Source: Porpidia crustulata
Taxonomy: Eukaryota
DNA: 32,529 nucleotides
Direction: 5' to 3'
Assembly (NCBI GenBank): GCA_964255105.1
Contig: CAXUWE010000014.1
Location: 1 to 32,529 of the forward strand
The number at the start of each line of letters is the position of its first letter. Position 1 is the first letter of the stretch. This document shows positions 1 to 8,106 of the stretch, one piece after another. The notes below the pieces were generated by a model. The model was given only the letters and a program-made list of their open reading frames with translations. It was not told the origin of the DNA and did no database searches. Position numbers and translations under genes: made by a program.

Positions 1-324
1 ATGGAATACCGGTTTGACGGGTGGAGCGGCGGAGTTCTGGGTAGCGGAGTGGAGGAGATTGTTATTGGACGGCAGCACGCGGTGGCACGGAAAGCACATG
101 CACAAGCGATCAGTGCGGTCGATTTCAGTTAGAAATCGGAATCAGATCCGGATATCTCATCTGTCAGCTATGAATTAGCTGTAGCTATTATAAGTCAGCC
201 ATTCCCACCATCCACCCCGCCGACAAAAACACATGCTTTCATGGGTATCGCTGATAAATATCAAAAATCCACCGTTACTCCGCCTTTGAGGCTTCGAATG
301 CTGCAAACGCGCCATACCCAAGCG

Positions 325-1434
325 TCATGATACAACCTCAGGGTTTCGACCGGATTTCCTGAAAGAGCCCAGACAACTCCATGTCCGCTTCACCTTCTCT
401 AATGAGGGTCTTACTATAGCGGTCTTGACGATAGCCTTGTTCTTTTCGTCTTCATTTTCAGGGAGACCGATTCTATATCTCCTTACACTTCCGGCGTCAT
501 CGTCTTTCTCGTTGTTATAGAAACTCAATCGCCGGTTCCCTTGCAAGAAACGAGGGGCGAATCGTCGCCATAGGCCTGGAATGCCTCGGCAGCAGCTTTC
601 GATCTTGCGGTATTCGCGGCGTCGGGTGGAGGGGAGAGTCCAGTCGATTGTTGTAGCGGGCATGGGGCTAGAGTATTCGTGGACTTCCGGGGAGTTTTCT
701 TTCTCATCAGTGAGTAGTCCAAAAGCAAAATCGTCGACTGGAGCCGAGGAGATGGAAGAGAAGGGCTGTACACTCCAAGATGCGAGGGCTTCATCGGAAA
801 GAGTGGTCGAATGATTGCGGTAATCCAGTACATTCTTAGATTCGAACAAGCTTTTGCTGCGTTGGTACAAGGCGACGGGATCCTCCGAACGTCTTGCATA
901 AGTAGTGGTAGTGCTTCGTTTGACAATGGGAGGTCTTTTGCTGTTCGTGTTTGCTTGATTCATGTATGACGATCGTCGAGAAGAAGTCTTTGAGGATCGA
1001 TGAGAACCTGGTCTCGATGACTTGACCTGACTTGATTTCCATTGGGAGGTCGACCGAGTTGGAGAGTTTCGCTCCATAGAGCGACCAGACTCCTTATGGC
1101 ATGACCGCGAATAACTCTTAGGAGCCCGCCTAGACTCGGTATTTTCCTGAAAACGATTTCTTCGACGTTCAACCTTGTCCTTGCCTTCCTCCAACCTTAT
1201 TATACTCGAAGCTCTTGATAAAGAGCTATCCGGTGTATTCGGTTTCTCCCCAAAGCCGCTGTCGGTTCTACTCATCCCTATGATATGACAAGCGTCCTGC
1301 ATCTTGCTCGAGGTTTCTGTGCTTGAGTTGGCATTGAAAGCTGGAGAGGACCTGTCGAGAGTATCTTCTGAGCACTCAAGCGATCCATGTACGGTAGGAG
1401 ACATGTCGAGAATGACGGAAGGAAGTCCAGGCAT
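325..1434 (-). CDS. Hypothetical protein (~369 aa), Ser/Arg-rich low-complexity N-terminal part with a compact C-terminal motif
   Basis: Single long ORF. First in-frame ATG is at 1434 (the ORF track starts at a TTG at 1464). The C-terminal block TIDWTLPSTRRREYRKIE...RGIPGLWRRFAP...FY...DDDAGSVRRYRI resembles a motif I recall from uncharacterised Pezizomycotina proteins. Confidence 0.75.
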   Translation of the reverse strand: MPGLPSVILDMSPTVHGSLECSEDTLDRSSPAFNANSSTETSSKMQDACHIIGMSRTDSGFGEKPNTPDSSLSRASSIIRLEEGKDKVERRRNRFQENTESRRAPKSYSRSCHKESGRSMERNSPTRSTSQWKSSQVKSSRPGSHRSSKTSSRRSSYMNQANTNSKRPPIVKRSTTTTYARRSEDPVALYQRSKSLFESKNVLDYRNHSTTLSDEALASWSVQPFSSISSAPVDDFAFGLLTDEKENSPEVHEYSSPMPATTIDWTLPSTRRREYRKIESCCRGIPGLWRRFAPRFLQGNRRLSFYNNEKDDDAGSVRRYRIGLPENEDEKNKAIVKTAIVRPSLEKVKRTWSCLGSFRKSGRNPEVVS

Positions 1435-2636
1435 CAACGTTGAGACTAGCTCACTACTGGGCAATTAGTATCATGAATTATAGATTGGACAAAGGATATC
1501 TCATGACAATGAAGAACAAGGCAAGAAAGAACTTACTCTATTGATGTCCCACCGAAGAAAGGAAACTCATGCCCGAGTAGCTGCTTTCATTGTTCTCGTC
1601 AAGCTGGCTACACAGACTCAGCTATGCCTGTCAAGCTATTGGGGTTAGAAATGTCCAGCCATGGCCAGCAGCAGGCCGTGCAATTATAGGTCAGAGTGTT
1701 GACAGTCTTGTTGGGAAGTGAAATGGGCACCAAACACAAAGGGAGTCGACCAGTCGAATCACAGAATGATATATTGACAAGCAGCCGCACTAGCGACGTG
1801 GGTTCATGCAGACTAATGTAGAAATCAGTGAAGTGTTCAACTAAAGTAAGTTTGCTCCACCATACCGAGCAGATGCTTGAAGCTATTGCCTGACATTAGT
1901 TTGCATGATTGATCAACAGAAGGAGAGGTGCTGAATATGGGTATCCAGAGACAGCGATAGTAGGTAGGTAATGTCGTTGGCGGGTGTCAAGTGTCTGTCG
2001 TCCATTGCCTCGGAACAGAATGAATATTTTTCACATGTTGAGTCGTTCCTCGATTGCCGACCTCTTTGCACCTTCACACATGATCAAGTGTTTCAGCGTC
2101 ATCGTCGACCAATCCAGAGTCCCCACCCACACACATATACACACACACCACTCATCCACCCATTGACAAACAACAATCGGAGTTGCACGATCTGGACTCC
2201 GGCATCGGTTCCTGCAGACTGCAGGATTTCCTTCCCGGCGCCAGAATTAGCCAGCTCTAGACTGTTGATCCGCTATGGGGGTGTGTGTGGGTGCGAGTGG
2301 TGAACAGTCACACCGCTCAAATATGCGCCCGTCCGGCTTGGCACCCACGTCACAGCGATGCATGTCATGTGTAGACATGTCCGATGTAGCTTTGTTCCCA
2401 AAACGGAAACAAGCAGAAACCAAAGAACTCAATACAGTTGGGTGTAGAAACACATTATCTCAACTGTTCAGTTCGAAACTGGCATACAGCGTTTGTTGAG
2501 GTCAGGGTTTCAAAATCTGGATAGGCTTTCTTCGGTTACGTTGTGATTGGTTGAGAAACCGCCGAGAGAGCCAGGCGTGTCACGGTTGAGGCGTCGCAAA
2601 CAAGCGCCACACCTTGATTTGTATCTACACTACCTA

Positions 2637-2726
2637 CTCAGGCTGGTTTTTAATGTCCGGACACAGAAGCGAGGATTCCCGCCTAAAATCAATGTTTGGT
2701 GTCCGGACATTAAAACCCAGCCTGAG
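2637..2726. mobile_element. MITE-like miniature element: 28-bp terminal inverted repeats, TA target-site duplication (Tc1/mariner type)
   Basis: Left arm 2637-2664 CTCAGGCTGGTTTTTAATGTCCGGACAC. Right arm 2699-2726 is its reverse complement at 27/28 positions. Spacer is 34 bp. TA lies immediately outside both ends (2635-2636, 2727-2728). Confidence 0.75.
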
Positions 2727-3605
2727 TACATGAAGTAGTAAAGGAAAACAATACTTTCAGCTCGGGGCTTTCCTTGATAGTCCCATCGAGGAAGTGCCTA
2801 CACATCTTGAAATGTAAATCTTCTTCTCCCAATCCTAAACTAAACTATCTTCCCCAGCCGTGACAACCCTCTCTGCCCTGGACCATAGGTCGATTGCTGG
2901 GAAGATAAAGGAGGAAAGTTGGACGTTTGTCCAACGATCGGCAGGAGGATTTGAGTAGGTATTCCACATGGGCGTGCATACTCTAGGTCGGTAGATAGCC
3001 GATTCATGACTTCTTCAACTATCGATCAATCTTTTGGCGTAACGATAATCCTACAGTATCAAAGGACGGGAGGAGTGGGGAAAGGTGAGGGGATTGGCGT
3101 GAGAGGGCTTTATCGATTGATACGTGAATCTGGGAAAGGGGCGCCTGGGATTATTGATTCGAGGGGCGACGCCGAATAAAGCCACGGTGACAAAGCCGAC
3201 TTCTGCGCGTGGCTCTGGGAGGGGAGCTTTTGTGATCTGGAGATGTGAGTGACGAACTCTTGGAGGGGGCCTACGACGTTGAAGAGGCAGGCGCAGGCGA
3301 TTTGTGGTTCTTGTTCGATGGGATTTTGCAATCCAAGACGTATGGCTCTTGAATTGGTGGTGGAACGAAATGTGATCTAAGTATTAGCTGAGTGAATAGA
3401 ACATATGAGTAAGAAAGGGATCGGTGGGATGCATCTGTGAAGCGTGAGGTTGCGATGCATGGGATCACGCCACAGCAAATGGCCTTCCACTCGGCGGGTC
3501 CTTGTTATTGAAGTGAACCGGTTGTCAAAGAGTATGCCTATGCTACCACTCCACTGATACTCATCGGAAGAATTGTGAAAAAACCTCGCAACATCCCCAT
3601 CCCAT

Positions 3606-4420
3606 CTAAAACACCAGCGCAGCGCCCTTTGTCTTCTTATCACCACTGCAAACGAAGCCCACAATTAGCTTATTCTCACTCATAATGCACCACGAGATCT
3701 ACATACCCTAATTCGAAATGCTTGCATCGCTTTAGTGCCAGCTGTGCCTTGGTCTTACAGTTTGTGCACTCCAGCCGGAGCACCACCTTTTTGGTCGTCT
3801 TGGCTTTTTTGTGGAACACCGGTTTCGTCTGACCGCCGTAGCCGGATTGCTTGCGGTCGTAGCGGCGCTTCCCTTGGGCGACTGAGGAGGCCTGGAAGGG
3901 GAAAGGAGGTGTCAGAGTCTCTTGGTTACGGCGGTCAAAGGGATCCCCCGTTTGGGAGGGGAGCAAGGGAGATTGTGGGCGTACCTTGCCGGCTTTGTAT
4001 TGGGTGACTTTGTGTTGGGTGTGTTTTTTGCAATCCTTGCCTTTGCAGTAGGTACGGCGAGTTTTGGGAACGTTGACCTGTGAAGTACTGGTATTAGCGA
4101 TGGTATTTCCAGTGTGACAGGGCCTTTCAGATAGAGCCTCTGTCATGTCGAAAATGCTGGAGTAAGCTGCCGCGCGCAAAACCATTGACTTGAGCTTCTG
4201 ATGGCACAGTTCGCATTTGATAGCGAGATCATTGGTTTTGGTCTGCCAGAATTTGTATTCCTCCTGCTTCCGGATCCAAAGCTCTTCTTGTCTTGATGGC
4301 CAATGCCCTTTTCCAGTCGCGAAAGATCCTTTAAATTCGCTCATCGGCCGATTTGTAGACCCTCCTGGACGTCCTTGGGGAGGTAGGAGAATTGGAGCGC
4401 ATAGAAGAGGAGCTTACCAT
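3606..4420 (-). CDS. RPL44: 60S ribosomal protein eL42 (L44/L36a), 106 aa, 4 exons
   Basis: Exons 4420-4418 (ATG only), 4077-3985, 3891-3707, 3645-3606. All introns are GT-AG and phases are consistent. The spliced protein is [32 protein letters not shown]...[26 protein letters not shown]...[13 protein letters not shown]. Confidence 0.98.
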
Positions 4421-4502
4421 CTTGAATAATTCAGATTATCTGCTGTATCAACACGCCGTCAGCGGAGAAATGTAAGGTCAATCGTGAGGTTCTATTTTCG
4501 AA

Positions 4503-4552
4503 TGTGGGATGCGGTCTCGCTTAGTCCTCGATAGGCATAGCGCTTGCGCTAG
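4503..4552 (-). promoter_or_regulatory. Candidate ribosomal-protein promoter module (CTAGCGCA ... AGGACTAAG ... ATCCCACA)
   Basis: The same three blocks occur in the same order upstream of RPL19 (28051-28075). ATCCCACA ends 82 nt before this ATG versus 83 nt for RPL19. Confidence 0.6.
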
Positions 4553-5092
4553 ATAGTCTGCCTTTCCTAGGTGGCCAAGGATTATGTATCACGAGAAATA
4601 ATCTTGTATCAGCTTTGGCCTTCTATAAAGCGGCTGAGAGATGAAAATCGTTAATAGGTACGGGCGATGAGGCGCTTCTTTACTGAATCACTCATCAGAT
4701 CTCGATAACCTCACATTTTATTTTTCTCCCTCGTCAATCCACACATTTCAAGAAATTATGAGCAATCAAAAATTAGAATTATTCGGAGCGCTTCCCACCT
4801 CTATCATTTACTCTGACTCTTGGTTTACTCACCAGCGAGTTTCGATCAATATCACCAAATACAATTTTTATGGAAACTTAGACTAGAAATGCTGGTCACA
4901 GGTGGGCTATCCCTGACCGCCAAGTATTATCTGTCGTATCACCCTCCTCCTTTCCCCACATCTCCTAAATTATCCCTATGCCATCTTTCTCCTCCACCTC
5001 TCTTAAGCCCTGATGTTTTCAGTTTCCTCGTGGGAATACAATTCTATCACGCTCAAACATATGTCTACAACAGCCGTTCTACCGATCAAGCC

Positions 5093-6183
5093 TCAAGAAA
5101 TCTCAAACCCTTTCCCCAAACGTATCGTCTCTCCACCACCATACCACAAGGTCCCCTTTCGACACTCAAGCCCCTTTTCCTCACCCACAATCCATTGCCC
5201 GTCTTCTACTATATCATGTTCTTCCCTAGGCCAAAATTCTTTTTGCAGCAACAAGTTCGTCTCCTCCAGCGAGTTTATGAGTATCTTCATCTTTGCTGGG
5301 TCCCCGACATCTTGATTACCATCTATTGAGATATCTTTCTGAGTCACGAAACGTGCAATTGTAATGTGAGAGGAGGGAACAACGTAGCGTGATTCAACCG
5401 TCACACCTGTGCTACTGCACAAGTCATAGAGATCCCGACGGAGATGATGATATGTATATGAATCAGATGATTGATGCCCTTCCTTCGTGTAGACGCCTTC
5501 GCCAGCGGCCGGAACAAAACTAAGGGCAATTGCTGCACTATCGTAGCTAATCATCGGCTTGATAAGCCTTGCTCGATGATCGAAAGTATAATCTGTGATG
5601 TCCACAACCGTGGACCCCATGATCTTGATACGGTGCTCAATCTCCGGTGCTGTAAGGGAATGAATGATTTCCAACGCAGTCATATGAAGGCAGTCTAAAG
5701 GCATGAGCCATATATCTGTCAAGACTCAGCGTGATTCATATATTCGAATTACTGGGTATGCGCACTTACGAGGAGCTATGCTGAGAAGCTTGTGCTGAAT
5801 ATCTGCCACAATCTTGCGTATCTTAGCGGGAGGACGGGCCCAGAATACTAGGCAATTCCTCGGATCAGTGTAGTCTGGGCACTGTGTTGGGTTGACGAGC
5901 TTGTATAAAATAGGATCCATATCCAAGCGCAGAAACTCCGGAGAGAGAAGCTTAGACTTTTGTTGGGTATTTCGTGTCTCTCGATGGATTTCATATCGTG
6001 ATTGTATTTGCACCTCGTGAAGATCAGATTTTGGCAGATTCGTACTGACTGTAAACTCACGACGTCATCTCCGCATGCTTCTATGAGAGCATTGTACGGA
6101 TTCTCGGATGGTGTATGTGATATGCCCGAAAAATCTTCATACATATTACCACCAGCTGCGGAAGTATCTTTGTTGAGGGTCAT
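5093..6183 (-). CDS. 2H-phosphoesterase superfamily protein (RNA ligase/cyclic nucleotide phosphodiesterase fold), ~329 aa, 3 exons
   Basis: Exons 6183-6061, 6013-5770, 5715-5093 join three ORF-track fragments in phase. Two HxT motifs are present: LHMTALE (5686-5678) and SHITIARF (5368-5360). Intron 1 needs a GAG acceptor. Confidence 0.8.
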
Positions 6184-8106
6184 TTTGGGTACTTGAATGA
6201 AATGTATGCGAGATAATTTACAAAGTTTGAAGACTCTGTTCACGACTACGAAACCTTTTTAGAAAGATGTCCGGAAGATACAAAGCTTGAAACGACAGCA
6301 TTTGCGCGATAGAATTTGGTTAACGGCCTCGGATTGGAGAGTTTCTGCCGACAAGCATATTAAAGTTTGAATTGATCTGCTGTCCAGGACATATGCTGTA
6401 TGTTTAATAGGTGTCCACCACAAATAGTGCTTAAGCGAACAGTGCTGCTTCTACCTTATCTGATCATCTTCGGGATTGATAACGCTAATTTAGATCCCGT
6501 TCTACTCAAATATAACCCTCTCACGCCTCCCACCCTCCGTGCCCTTTCCTTGCAATCACTATCTTATCTGCACGTGTTCATCATGATGATATGAAAGGGC
6601 GAACATATTATAACAGTAGGTACGTTATGAACGCTATGCTTCGAATATCCAACCCCATATAGCACCATCAAAGAGTAAAACTCTTCGCGTTGAGAATATT
6701 CAGATCCGTCGAAATTGATGCTGACAAGACTACCGTATAGACTAAATTTATATGATATTTGGTGACTTACCTATATCGGTCCGAGCTTTAGTTACAACAT
6801 ACTTCATCAAGAGCCTGATTTTCGAGTTTCCTTCCGCTGCGATCAGCAATGTCGGCTGTCCTCACAGCACAAAGTAATGGGAGGTGGGAGATGTGGGATC
6901 TCAGATGATTATCTAACTGAGGGCCAAGATTTTGACCACGAGGAAAACTGACCCAGTCACCCATCAACATAGCTTCAGGCCCTCCATAGCCGTAGGATTG
7001 CTGCTGTCGCAACAACAGATGATTCTTGGATCGAACTGTCAGCGCTGTCAGAGATCTTTGAGACTGATCCTGGTATCATTGATAATTAGAGTAAGGTTGG
7101 ACGCCAAAAGCTTTCCCCCACATTCCATCTCCGAGCACCAACTTTTTCAAAGCCATTAGGGAAGGAACCATGGTTCTCTAAATTAAACAAAAGACTCTGG
7201 GGAAGTGCGTGAATAGTCGAATTCGAGTAAGGAGTGTTTGCCCTTTGAGAATTTTGGGCGAACTGTCATGGAAACGAGGGACCGAGCGATAGGAGGTACG
7301 TTGGAGTATCTCGGAGTTTTTGATGTGCGTGGTGAATGAATGCTTGGTAAATTGAGTGTGAATGAGGGCATAGGGACTGGGTTCCATATAAGGTCTGGTG
7401 GTAAATTAATCCGTGTGCTCTCGTCGAAGGGGGTGAATGCCGATATGTGGTAAAGGTAGATAAATGGACTGTATTTATTAAGTCTCCCCAATAATTCCGG
7501 ATTGCTGAATCTAAATTTCCAGAGCAACCGTGGCCGTGAGTTTTGATGACAACAGGGTAGCAAGGATGACATGCTGGGAGACGGCGAGAATTCTAGCAAC
7601 ATCAACCACCATTCAGGCCCAAATCATCCAGCTACCAAGATCACCGGTCTTCAATCCCATCTCCCCAAGAAAATGTCTTCCTTTCATTCACCACGACTCG
7701 GAAGTAACTACCATGGACCGGAACCCCGATGAATGGCTCTGCTTATCTAGACTCCACTCACTTTGAATTCCGACATCACTCCCATATTTTGGAGCCTATA
7801 GTCCGTTAGTACATTGACCCAACAATTCCTTTTGCTCTTGCTTGGGATTTGATGCTATTAATAGTATCGCTATGATCATTCATACCGCTATGAGCTGTGT
7901 GGTGTTGATTTAAGGGGTGGACTCGATTATTGTGAGTAAGATCACCAAAGATCCACTGAAAATACAGTAGTCGACGGGAGCTATTGCGGTTAGAATCAGT
8001 GGGACAATAAGATCAACATCATACTTGAGTAAGACTGTTGTCCTTCAATAGCAAAACGTTCCCATTGTCGCTGGAATTGACTTTTCAACGCCGCAGACTC
8101 GCCGTC

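Noticed and set aside
1..99. Minus-strand ATG at 99 opening a frame (MCFPCHRVLP...) that runs off the window
   Set aside because: Only 33 codons are visible and no motif is recognisable, so a gene cannot be supported.
2115..2771. GAGTCCCC (~2117-2124) and GGGGCTT (~2764-2770) resembling RNase MRP P4 strands
   Set aside because: Flanking consensus (GAAAG before the first strand, ACA..A around the second) is missing, the spacing is long and the MITE lies in between.
1971..3664. Several 60-110 aa ORFs in the long intergenic interval
   Set aside because: No recognisable motifs or coherent splice structure; one runs through the MITE.
3676..4344. 222-aa ORF appearing to be an N-terminally extended eL42
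   Set aside because: Read-through of introns 1 and 2. The spliced model gives the canonical 106-aa protein.
4664..4671. PAC-like GCGATGAG upstream of RPL44 (and RRPE-like AAAATTTTT at 27869-27877 near RPL19)
   Set aside because: Single short matches not shared between the two RP promoters; indistinguishable from chance.
4820..5329. 169-aa plus-strand ORF
   Set aside because: Antisense to the 2H gene and its 3' region, starts at TTG, no recognisable domain.
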